Numbered from the whole stretch's first letter, positions 1-10,160 are shown. The stretch: 63,696 nucleotides of DNA, filler included, from Octopus bimaculoides (GCF_001194135.2; 6 parts of 6 records of this genome joined end to end with filler, not necessarily neighbours in it), one strand, 5' to 3'. Numbers and translations are program-made. Notes: generated by a model from the sequence alone, not told the origin.

Positions 1-244
1 AAATGATGAAAATTATGAAAAAGAAAATACATATCATTTTAGTGGTTGTTGCTATTCCAAAAGTACGATGAGTGGGAGTGGGGTGGAAGGATAAACATTT
101 AAAAGACATGAATTTTTAAGACTTTTGTTTTTAAAAAGCTTCCCTTTATTGTTTTGCCATGCATGAAAAAAAGAAAAAATCCTGACAAAATTGGGCAAAT
201 TCCAACATATATGGGACAGCTATTCTGAAGGAATTTCATTTCTC

Positions 245-867
245 CATCAGATGACAGCACATGAGCTCTGGTCTTCTCATAGGTCTTTGCAATGGCAAGA
301 ACTCATTCTTTTGGAATGCCTTATGCTCAAAGGATCTTCAACATTTTGTAACAATGGATGCTGTCAAAATGCTTTGCTGAAGTCCACAAAGGTTATAATG
401 GCAGGTAGCTGTTTTGATTTAACTCTTATGATATGCCTCAGGACTAAGATTTGAAATGTTGTGGATCTCCCTGGTCTAAATCCACTTTGATTTGGCCTCA
501 GATGGCTATCAAGCACTGGCTGATGTAAGTGTGATGATATTTTCCTCTGCTTACATCACCATGAAGTGGGTTCCACAAGATTAATTTAGATGCTTCCAGT
601 TCAGGGTGGCACACACAACGACCAGATAGTCGCAGCCATCTTTGCCCAATCTTCTCTCTTTCAGCCGGTCTTCATAGTGGTATTTATTTTTCATATGTTG
701 CTGTCATATCACATTTAGAACCATTTGTAACGTCCTTGTGCAGCATCCATTTAGCTTGTTTGATCATTTCTTTACCAGTGTCCATGTTTCATTATGATAT
801 AATAGCACTGATTCAACAGGTGCAATGAACAGCTTGCCTGGGCAATTTGGAGTTCCAGACTTTCTTT
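245..867 (-). mobile_element. Degenerate RTE-type LINE fragments (post-RT domain and RT start)
   Basis: Minus-strand translation gives KKVWNSKL..LFIAPVESVLLY..ETWTL, HPELEASKLILWNPLHG and HLRPNQSGFRPGRST..FVDFSKAF.DSIH, with stops and frameshifts. Confidence 0.8.
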
Positions 868-888
868 AGTTTGTGACAGACTGTCCAT

Positions 889-1017
889 GCTTATTTAATC
901 AACCCTGAAAGGATGAAAGGCAAAGTCAACCTCAGTGGAATTTGAACTTCGAACATAAAGATGGGTGCTACTAAGCACTTTGCCTGGTGCAGAAATGATC
1001 TATCTGCCAGCTCACCT
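889..1017 (-). mobile_element. SINE family A (core aattccgccgaggtcgactttgcctttcatcctttcggggtcgataaa)
   Basis: Shared core recurs at about 4640-4770(+), 4810-4960(+), 5390-5625(+), 8225-8420(-), 11560-11740(+), 12355-12495(+), 18510-18615(-), 18850-18990(-), 21560-21780(+), 25935-26097(-), 33480-33622(-), 45010-45120(+), 46540-46665(-), 47620-47720(-), 50540-50690(+). A/B-box-like 5' head. Confidence 0.8.
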
Positions 1018-1429
1018 CCTTATTAAGAAAAATAATATTGACATGTTTCTAATAATGGAGCAGGAACATCCAGTTTTATATATGCATATTTTCATAGCTA
1101 TCCTGAGGTGTGAGAAGAAATCAGATGTGTCCCATATTATTTAATGTGTCGTCTTCTTTTTAAAGATAACAGGATGAGATACGAGAGATATTTGCTGAGT
1201 TTAATTTTTAGGTCAAGCAGCCACTTGGAACTAACAATGATTGTATAGATTACTTTGATAAGTTAGATAACTATGTGTAGTTTAGCCACTAAATATAAAT
1301 GTAGACACCTTGGACAAATATCTTCTATGCAAACTTCGGCTGGCCAACAACAAAGTAGATGAAATTTAGAAAACTCAAACAACACTTCTTTAAAAGAAAC
1401 CTGGAATTTTAAATTCCTTTATAATTGTG

Positions 1430-1600
1430 TGGTGTAGTTGTAGACATGGCTGTGTGATTAAGAAGTTTGCTTTACAATCACATGATTTCTGGTTCAGTCC
1501 TACTGCATGGCATCTTGGGTTTCTAATACAGCTTTTGGCCAACCAATGCCTTGTGAGTGAATTTGATAGATGGAAACAATATAGAAGCTCGCCGTGTGTG
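1430..1600 (+). mobile_element. SINE family B (tRNA head + CORE-like ccttgggcaagtg), decayed copy
   Basis: Matches the head of copies at 13655-13812(-), 22270-22340(-), 25165-25300(-), 27868(+) and 36632(+). Confidence 0.7.
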
Positions 1601-1982
1601 TGTACATTACTTTATATCAGACTAATTAGAAAAGAGTGCTCAATACATGTTGTAAAGGATGCTTTTCTTTTTAACTGAAAATGAAATAGAAGTTTGTGCT
1701 ACAACCTGAGTTTCATGCTATTGCAATCTTCAGTTTCAATTAAAAAAAACTACATATATTCTACATATTAACAATTCTTGGTTGGCATTTTTTTGACAAT
1801 TAGCGTATATGTTTTCATCCATGTGCATTAACTACAGCATTAGAGCACATTAGACCTTATTTCTAGCAATGTTTTTTGACACCCTAGTCACATTTAGTGA
1901 CAATTATAATTCTCCTTTTTTGTGAAACATTGCAGACTGGTGTTTATATTAATTTTATACACACACACACACATATACACAA

Positions 1983-2190
1983 GAGGCTGCTGAAAAGTTC
2001 CTGGCTTTAAGGGTATCACAAATGGCCTGGTTGAAGGCCCAACCTTCTGAGTTCTTTTACAGAGGTTAGAAAACTGAAGGAACCCTGCAATGAGTATGTG
2101 AGTCTTAGAGGGGAATATGTTGAATGATGTCATAATTAACTGATCCTCCTGTATTTTCTTTTACCCAAAGGCAGGAACTTTTCAGTGCCC

Positions 2191-2193
<3 letters not shown>
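1983..2193. mobile_element. Mariner-derived MITE
   Basis: TIRs gaggctgctgaaaagttcctggcttt / aaggcaggaacttttcagtgcccctc next to TA-rich flanks. The interior equals the 3' end of the mariner at 8799-9545. Confidence 0.85.
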
Positions 2194-2226
<33 letters not shown>

Positions 2227-2608
2227 CATACATACTGCAGGAAATGTATTCTGATAAAGTGCCTTCAGATTACGATTTTTTTACGGTTACTCTCCAAAAG
2301 TCTGTGAGACATTTTATTCAACAATGACACAGGACAAAAACAGAACATGATTCAATGAATTCTTCAGTTCATGATCTGGTAAGTTCTACCATCAAGCAAC
2401 AAGTGGAATGTTTTGAAGAATTCATGAACATTGGAAAACGTATATTATTGACTGATTTGTTAAAATCACTGAAGAAAAATAATGATTAAAATAAAATGGA
2501 AAAAACAAATGAATGTATTTGACAACCCAATATACACATACACACAGAGATCCACTTACAGTTTAAAGTGTGTATATGTGAGAGAGAGAGAGAGAGAGAG
2601 AGTGAGAA

Positions 2609-2645
<37 letters not shown>

Positions 2646-2774
2646 ATGCGTGAAATTTTATATACATAAATACAAATTGTATTTATTCAGAATATATTCC
2701 ACAAATAATTTCATTCCATTTCAACCCATTTCAAATATTCTACATTATTTACAGGTATAATAAACTCTCTTTAA

Positions 2775-2876
2775 CCCTCAGCACATCGTAAGTGCATCAT
2801 GTCACAGTATGAATTTTCTACCCTGTAGTAACAGGGTAGGGGAAACAATTCTAGAGAAAATGCAGTGTGCTTAAGG
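2775..2876. mobile_element. piggyBac-like palindromic MITE
   Basis: TTAA|ccctcagcaca ... tgtgcttaagg|TTAG ends, with central hairpin ctaccctg-tagtaa-cagggtag. Confidence 0.55.
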
Positions 2877-3130
2877 TTAGCTATCATGTATTCATTTAAT
2901 AAGGCAATTTTCAATGTTTACAATCTTAGAATGTTCAGTACAAACATTTCACAACCAATTATTTTAACAGCATTCGTTTTACATGTAATAGTTAATCTCA
3001 CAAAATTTCTATTTGGAAACTATTAACTGAATAAAAATAAAAGAAATAAAGAGAATCTTATTTTTAAATATTACGGAGACGTACTTGCATAGCAAGTGAC
3101 CTGATCTAAGATCATGTATTAAAACAAAAA

Positions 3131-3278
3131 CAATTGCAGCATGGAAGATGTTTATAAGTCATTTAAAAACACATGAAAACCATTAGATTCACTTCAACAT
3201 ATAAATTTAATTTGTCAAAATATTTTCGTCGCTCTGAAACCGGGACCTGTTCACTGATAAAATAACAATTAGTTCATA

Positions 3279-3309
<31 letters not shown>

Positions 3310-3400
3310 CATGCATGCATGCACATACATATGTATGTGAATCTAACGGTTTTTGTGTGATTTTTAAATGACTTATAAACACCTTCCATGCTGCAATTGT
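3131..3400. repeat. Inverted repeat, about 62-bp arms (3131-3192 and 3338-3400), just after the ECHDC1 stop
   Basis: caattgcagcatggaagatgtttataagtcatttaaaaacacatgaaaaccattagattcac versus reverse complement of the right arm; about 5 differences. Confidence 0.9.
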
Positions 3401-3413
3401 ATTTTCAAATGAA

Positions 3414-4087
3414 TTAAGATTTATGTTTTATATTTTTCTTTAGAGCTTCTAGAAATAAAGGACCTCCCCATAATTTTGAAAAAAGTTTTCTTTCATGATT
3501 TAAAGATGACTGAACGTCTTCTGTACCAGCATGGCTCACCATTGATTTAATTGACCTTGTCACAGAAGAGTGACCACGACACCTCTTACTCAACCATTCC
3601 TTGGCTGCTTCTATTGCATTTTCACCATCTTTGACAACATGGTCAACAAAACCAAGTGCCAGTGCAGTTGAGGAATTAATTATCTTTCCAGTGCTAAATA
3701 AATCTAATGCAGAAGTGTGTCCAATGAGTTTGACCAGTCGAGTCCCTCCACCCCAGCCAGTTATCACGCCCATATGAACTTGAACAAATCCAATCTTTGC
3801 TTTTGGTGCCATGATTCTAAAGTCACAGGCAGTGGTTAACTCAGCACCACCTCCTAAAGCAACTCCTTCAATTAATGCCACACTAATAAGTGGAAGTCTA
3901 CTGAGTTTAGTGAGGGCATTTTGCATCAAAGATGACATTTCTTCACCAGAATCAGTCATATTTGTAACTGCCTTTAAATCACCACCAGAACAGAATGTAT
4001 TCGCAGCTCCAGCCATCAGCAATCCTTTACCAGATTTCCAGTTTTCTAATTCATTAATGGCATCAAACAGGTCCAACATCATCTTTC
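3414..4087 (-). CDS. ECHDC1: ECHDC1 last coding exon (crotonase-fold ethylmalonyl-CoA decarboxylase)
   Basis: Translation GKMMLDL...FCSGGDL...ALGGGAELTTACDFR...GWGGGTRLV...LWGGP...KHKS* carries both crotonase oxyanion-hole motifs and the ECHDC1-type C-terminal WGGP. Polypyrimidine+AG acceptor at 4089-4088, phase 1, TAA at 3416-3414. Confidence 0.93.
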
Positions 4088-4204
4088 CTAAAAGAAAAGA
4101 AAACAAATACATATAACAGAAAAAAAAACTGCAAGCATATATTGGTTTTATCTTAGACACATGCAGAGCCAGCACCCTAGGCCAGCCCTACAATGGGGGC
4201 CTCC

Positions 4205-4580
4205 AGTCAGGGCCAGGTTAAGACTCATTGAGCCCTTAAAAGATTTTGGTGACCCTATATATATGTAATTCAAAGAATAAACAATGAGAAATCATAAAAT
4301 CAATTTTTATATTTTTAAATGAATCAATACTAACAGTAAGATAGAAAAAAAAATGCTTATTTTGTATCCCTCCACTTTATTTATATTTGAAAAGTTTACT
4401 CCTACTTTTTATAATTGCAAAGTCTTTGACCAGTTTCTCAATATGACACCATGAACATTTCGAAATTATATTTCCGATCATATAAAACACTTCAAACATT
4501 ATTTTAGCAAGGTTAAAGAGATTTTTTTTTATGCTGTAAACCATTCACCATTCCTGAGGTGCTGCTACTTCCCTTGACTC
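4205..4580. mobile_element. Non-autonomous DNA element (hAT-like), related copy at about 29098-29300 plus 29700-29770
   Basis: cagggc(c/tt)..ttaagac start, and shared ctaacagtaaga..ccactttatt..aattgcaaagtctttga and gtaaaccatt blocks in both places. Confidence 0.5.
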
Positions 4581-5776
4581 CCTAAGCATGTGATTATATT
4601 GCTTAATGGTTAATCCATCATTATTATTTTCAAATTTTACCAAGGTCGACTTTACCTTTCATCCTTTCGGGATCAATAAATTAAGTACCAATGATAACAC
4701 TGGGTTGATGTAATCAGCTAGTCCCCTCTCCCAAATTTCAGGCCTTGTGATTGTAGTAGAAAAGCTTATTATTATTATTATTGGTGGTGGTGGTGGTGCA
4801 TTATTAGAGACATGATTTTGTGAGAGTTCAAATTCCACCAAGGTCGACTTTTCCTTTCATCCTTTTGGGGTTGATAAATTAAGTACTAGTCAAACACTGG
4901 GGTCAATGTAATTGACTAGTTCCTTCCCACAAACTTTGTGTCTACAGTAGAAAGGATGATTACTAGCTTTATTGTATAGCAATATAATAGGTACATTATG
5001 GTCAAATGGTTAATAAGTTCAGTTCACATCTATGATGCTTTAGATTCAATTCTACATTGTGGCTGAATGTCATTTTGTACAGCCTCATGCTTGCCCATAC
5101 TATGTGTGTGAAACTGGGTTGCAAGAAACAGCATAGAATCTCATCAGGTGGAGTGCGTCTATAATTCAAAAGGATCAGCCCTGTCACACACTGTATCATG
5201 TTGATTCTATGTGAGAGTTATGTTAAGGGTTTACATGTCTGTGGACATGCACTTAGTCACTTGCACATTAATTCAGTTGATTGAAAATTGAATTCTCATT
5301 GTTAAACAACAGAGACCCATTCATCACCATTACCATGTAATAAGTCTTTGGTTTTATTTTGTTCCAAATTCTTGACAATAAGAATCAGTAAACGGCAACA
5401 TGCTGGTAGAATCATTAACATGCCAGGTAAAATACTTAGAGGCATTTCATCTGTCTTTATGTTCAGAGTTCAAATTCCACCGAGGTCAACTTTGCCTTTC
5501 GTTCTTTTTTTTTTGGTGGAGGTGGGGGGTCGATAAAATAAGTACCAGTTGCACACTGGGGTGAATGTAATTGACTTACCTCCTTCCCCGAAGTTGCTGG
5601 TCTTGTGCCAAAATTTGAAACCATTAAGATTCATTAATGGTCTCCAGGTTTTAATTTAATTCCTATTCAACCTTCTTCAGATATATCAATTGTTCAAGGC
5701 TCTATCAACTGTCACAACAAAATACTTCATTTATATTGAGAAAAAATATTATTAAAGTAATAGTGTGTCTACTCAC

Positions 5777-5932
5777 CTGAGAAAGCATTTTTATACTGAG
5801 GTTGATTCAAAGTAATTTGGGCAATCCCTGATTGTTCATCTTTTGTCAGATCAACAGACCCTCCAGATAATTTTGAGAACTTGAGCCTAACATTTTCAGG
5901 AAGAGAAAAAGAGTCAGCAGAATGATGGTAGC
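5777..5932 (-). CDS. ECHDC1: ECHDC1 internal coding exon (156 nt, phase 1-1)
   Basis: Encodes GYHHSADSFSLPENVRLKFSKLSGGSVDLTKDEQSGIAQITLNQPQYKNAFSG. ttttgtAG acceptor (5934-5933) and CAG|GTGAGT donor (5776-5771). Joins in frame to give the typical NAFSGKMM. Confidence 0.92.
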
Positions 5933-6189
5933 CTACAAAACAAAATGAAATAAATCTCAAAAAAATGCATATATTTTTTTACAGATTAGTCAGAAAAGAA
6001 AGGATATTGCCTTTTATTAATTTTTGTAATCTTTCTTTGCGACTGGATGGAAAAAGCCTTCAGAAGACACTATGAGCTCTGGACTGTTACAGTAGGCAAC
6101 AGCATTTCAAAATATTGAGTCTTAAGTGCTAGTATAGTATGCGGTCTACCACGTTGTCAAACAGTATAGCCAGTGTTATCTACCTTAAA

Positions 6190-6870
6190 TGTTCAGTTAA
6201 TAAAGAAAACCAATTTTTCCCTTATACGGATATGAACAATAAATTAAACTGCAAGCTTAGCCTGAGTGAGATTTTAGAACTAATATTTTTCTTTGTCATG
6301 GATATACCATTGACTACAGCAGTGACTCTAACAGGAAAATCTAAAAATACAATAACTGATTGGTTCAATATGTGCCGCGAGGTATGTGGAGCCATAGTTT
6401 ATCATGAACGACAAGGGAAAATAGTTGGAACAAACGATAATCCCATTCAGATCGACGAAGCAAGATTTACTGGTCGACAAAAATACAAGTGAGAAAGATT
6501 GCTGAATGGTGACAATGCTCCTCTCTTCGAAGACAGTAATGCAGAACAACAAAACGAAAGGAACCATGGATGTAGACTTGATCGGCCATAGGTTTTCGGT
6601 CTCAAACAAAGCTCAGACTGACGATGCTTTTGTGTGGAATGGTATGACGGGAATAGTCTGATCCCAATTATTGAGAGAGAATGTGAAAAAGGTTCACTAA
6701 TTCATTCAGATGAGTGGCCCGCTTATAATAATTTAAATGCCATAGGTTATCACCATCTGACAGTGAACCATCAACGACATTATGTGGATCCAGTGTCCGG
6801 AGTACACACTCAGGCCATTGAGTGATCATAGTTAGATGCTAAAACTATGATTCTGAAAAAAAAAATGATC
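6190..6870 (+). pseudogene. Merlin (IS1016/IS1595-like) DDE transposase remnant in ECHDC1 intron
   Basis: One reading frame from 6139: KSKNTITDWFNMCREVC..PIQIDEARF..RP*VFG..LIPIIERECEKGSLIHSDEWPAYNNL..VNHQRHYVDPVSGVHTQAIE. IDE, SDxW, VNH and HTQxIE are Merlin/ISXO2 motifs. Five in-frame stops. Confidence 0.88.
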
Positions 6871-7324
6871 TCTGAAATATCTAAAGTTTTTTCATTTCTG
6901 AACTATCTGAAAGATAAGATAGATAACCATGTTTGACACCCTGGTAGACCAGATACTATACTAGCACTGAGTTTTAGAATCACAGACTTAGTTCAAATGC
7001 TTGCAACAAAGTGGACAACACTAATGACACCTAGAGTCCAGGTGATCATGTTAAACTAGGTGATAGATTCTACCACCCAAGAATAGGTACAGTACATCTG
7101 ATAGTCGTTCACTCAGTTTTATTTATGAGGCATGGTTAAACCCAACACTATTACAGAAAACATTTACCCAGAGCACCTTGCAGAAGGATCAAATCTGGAA
7201 TCACATAATTGTAAAGTGAATTTCTTAACTACATGGCAATGCTTCCACTTATACAAGAAGAAATGTCCTCCACAGCAGAAGTGTTAACGTCGCTCCCCCT
7301 GATGAAGAGCTTTGGCCTGCAAGA

Positions 7325-7512
7325 GTCTTGTATCAATGCCACATAAAAAGCACCACTGCTGTAAAATGGTTAGCATAAGGAAGGGCATCCAGCTGTAGAA
7401 ACCAAGCCAAATGATACTGGAACCTGGTGCAGCTCTCCAGTTTGCCAGATATGGTTGAACCATTCAACCCATACCAGTATATGAAAAGGACGTTAAAGGA
7501 TGATGATGATCA
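7325..7512 (+). mobile_element. SINE family C (ggaagggcatccagctgtagaaac core, (GAT)n tail)
   Basis: Reverse-complement copies at 7793-8030 and 8443-8745; simple-repeat tail typical of RTE-partnered SINEs. Confidence 0.7.
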
Positions 7513-7562
7513 AAGATTGGTCTGAAGTCATAGGCTCATAAAGCTGGTTACATATATATATT

Positions 7563-7778
7563 AAGGGGGTGCTGAAAAATTTCTGGCTTTGGGTAACAGA
7601 AAACCGAAGAGGATCAGTTAATTATGATTTTATTTAAAGTATTCTCCTCTCAGATTCATACACTTATTGCAGCAGTCCTTCAGTTTTTCTAAGCCCTGTG
7701 AAAGAACTTAGAAGGTTGGGCCTCCAACCAGGCCTTTCATGATACCCTTAATGCCAGATACTTTTCAGTACCTGCCTC
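7563..7778. mobile_element. Mariner-derived MITE, same family, opposite orientation
   Basis: Same TIRs and interior as 1983-2193, inverted; flanked by (TA)n. Confidence 0.85.
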
Positions 7779-8075
7779 ATATATATATATATGCTGCCAT
7801 GGGTTGGACGGTTTGACTAAAAACTGGTAAGCTGGAGAGCTACAACAGGTTCCAGTCTGATTTGGCATGGTTTCTACAGCTGGATGCCCTTCCTAATACT
7901 AACCACTCCAAGAATGTAATGGGTGCATTTTACGAGCCATCGACATGGGTGCCAGTTATGTAACACTGGCATCAGCCATGACTACAATCTCCCTTGGCTT
8001 GACAGGTTTTCTCAAACACAATATATCGCCAAAGATATAAGTAAATAAGTAAAAAATATTGTTGTTACTAGATAC

Positions 8076-8163
8076 CATTGTATATTACTGGTTTTATTGC
8101 TCCATAATTCCATAAGTGATGTATTCTTGCTGTCTTTCCATGGAAGAACACTGACTTCAACAT
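8076..8163 (-). CDS. ECHDC1: Probable ECHDC1 first coding exon (exon 8076-8173, ATG at 8163)
   Basis: ttttattttgaAG acceptor at 8175-8174. ATG opens MLKSVFFHGKTARIHHLWNYGAIKPVIYN-G and ends phase 1 at a G|GTATCT donor, matching the next exon. Total CDS 88+156+674=918 nt = 305 aa, close to the roughly 300-aa vertebrate ECHDC1. The donor is weak and the peptide was not recognised by homology. Confidence 0.65.
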
Positions 8164-8442
8164 AGTAATAGATCTTCAAAATAAAACAGAAAGAATGAAT
8201 CAACAACAAATAAATAAAAAAAATCGTTTCTATTACAGGCACAAGGCCTGAAACTGTGTGGAAAGTGGGTACTCAATTATATTAACCCACAGTCCTATAC
8301 GGGTACCTATTTCATTGACCCTAATTCCTTGATGGAATTTGAAATCAAGATGTAAAGATAAATGAAATGCTACTAAGCATTTTGCTTGATGTGCAAGCAA
8401 TTCAGCATGCTCACGACCTTAATAATAATAATAATCATCATC

Positions 8443-8745
8443 ATCGTTTAACGCCTGCTTTCCATGTGAGCATGGGTTGGACGATTTGACTGAGAACTGG
8501 TGAACCAGATGGCTACACCAGGTTCCAATCTGATTTAGCAGAGTTTCTACAGCTAGATGCCCTTCCTAACACCAACCACTCTGAGAGTGTAGTGGGTGCT
8601 TTTACATGCCACCTGCACGAAGGCCAGTCAGGCGGTACTGGCAACGGCCACGCTCAAAATGGTGTCTTTTACGTACCACCTGCACGGGAGCCAGTCCAGC
8701 GGCACTGGCAACGATCTCGCTCGAATGTCCTTACACGTGCCACCG
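8443..8745 (-). mobile_element. SINE family C copy with internal about 60-bp tandem repeat
   Basis: (CAT)n tail, ggatgcccttcctaa core, and a repeated gccacctgcacg...ggcactggcaacg unit at about 8605-8745. Confidence 0.75.
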
Positions 8746-8798
8746 AATAATAATAATAATAATAATATGCATGTTGTATATATAAATACACACACACA

Positions 8799-9545
8799 AG
8801 TGGGTGCTGAAAAGTTCCTGGCTTTGGGTAAAATGAGATACAAGAGAATCAGTTAATTATGATTTTATTCAATGTATTCCCCTCTCAGATTTATGCACTC
8901 ATTGCAGCAGTCCTTCAGTTTTCCCAAGTCCTGTAAAAGAACTCGGAAGGTTGGGCCTCCAACCAGGTCTCTGTAGCAGCAATGACCTTCAAATCAGAGT
9001 CAAATTTCGTTCCCTTGAGATGTCAGAGGGGGCCACATCAGGAGAGTAAGGTAGGTGGTCTACCAATTTGAAGCCAATTTTCTGTAGAGTTTCATGTACT
9101 GTGTGTGCTGGTACATTGTCCTGCAAAAACAAGGCACCACAGCTCAGCTTTCCATGGCGTTTCTGCTTCAAAACATCCTGTTGTTCATCCAACAGAGACA
9201 TGTAGTATTCTGTGTTATAGGTACAACCCTTTGGCCAGTATTTTATGAGGAGAACTCCGTCTTTGTATCAGAACACTGAAACCAGAATTTTTCTAGTTGA
9301 CTTCTGGGTTCAAAACTTGCGACGTGGTAAACTATTGTGGCACCACTCCATTGATTGCTGCTTGGTCTAGGGATCATAATGATCAAGCTAAGTTTCATCC
9401 ATGGTGACTAAATGAACCATAAAAACAGCCTCTCCTGCTGCAAACTGGTTCAAAATCACATTCAGGCATTTCGGCACCCATTTTGTGGAAAGCTTTCTCA
9501 TGTCCAGAATGTTGTGGATGGTGTGGCCAACTCTTTCATGGTAAA
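8799..9545 (-). pseudogene. Mariner transposase remnant with right TIR
   Basis: Translation includes RKLSTKWVPKCL, VTMDET*, LFLQDNVPAH, HLPYSPDVAPSD and a C-terminal LRGEYIE*. TIR gggtgctgaaaagttcctggcttt at about 8802. Stops and deletions present. Confidence 0.9.
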
Positions 9546-9699
9546 TGCCCAGAGTTTCATTTATGGCTTTAGGAAGAATTGAATTACAGGCCTGTATTTA
9601 TATAATACATTTCGAAACAAATAATATAAACGAAAAAAAATTAATAAAACGTATCTATGAATCTGATCATAAAATTGCCAACTAACATAAAAAAAATTA

Positions 9700-9890
9700 G
9701 GTAAATTTTCAGATTAACACCTGCACGATCTTCACTAGGGTGTTAGGGTTATGGTTTTAGAGTCAGGGTTAGGGTTTTAGGGTTAGTTTTAGGGTTACGG
9801 ACGGAATTCCTTAACCCTAAAACCTAACCCTAAAACCCTAACCCTAACATCCTAGTGAAAATAGTGCAGGTGTTAATCTGAAAATTTACC
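9700..9890. repeat. Fold-back element with (TTAGGG)-like left arm and (CCCTAA)-like right arm
   Basis: ggtaaattttcagattaacacctgcac..ttcactagg pairs with cctagtgaa..gtgcaggtgttaatctgaaaatttacc. Degenerate telomere repeats lie inside both arms. Confidence 0.9.
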
Positions 9891-9939
9891 AAACATAAAC
9901 CGAGAGAAAGAAAAAGTTAGCAGCAGGAACAAAATTGTA

Positions 9940-10160
9940 GCACACACACACACACAGACGGAACGCCAACTTCAAAAGAACTTCCCCGTTCCAATCACGT
10001 TCTCTCTGTCTCGGTTTTTCGCCGACTTGAAAAGAAAACCCTTCCCCCCACCTCACATATATAAAGATATTTTAAGGAAACCGACGATCTTCTTCTTCAA
10101 ATGTAAACAAAAGCACGTGCTCCAGTTTGACAGTAACGGTACTCATACCGTAATTTTGCC
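9940..10160 (-). promoter_or_regulatory. Putative ECHDC1 promoter / non-coding first exon region
   Basis: The exon at 8173 has an acceptor, so an upstream exon is needed. This unique CpG-retaining stretch has CCAATCACGT (9991-10000), a CACGTG E-box near 10114 and a candidate minus-strand donor GTGAGG at 10056-10051. TSS not determinable. Confidence 0.35.

Noticed and set aside
2351-2428. 15-bp inverted repeat ttcaatgaattcttca / tgaagaattcatgaa
   Set aside because: Short, AT-rich and beyond the canonical poly(A) signal; plausible by chance or as old repeat debris.
3811-4116. 101-aa plus-strand ORF overlapping ECHDC1
   Set aside because: Antisense shadow of the coding exon with no independent features.
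3414-4175. ORF-track N-terminus MLALHVSK..FSFLL as the ECHDC1 start
   Set aside because: It is intron read-through including the polypyrimidine tract; the real exon starts at 4087.
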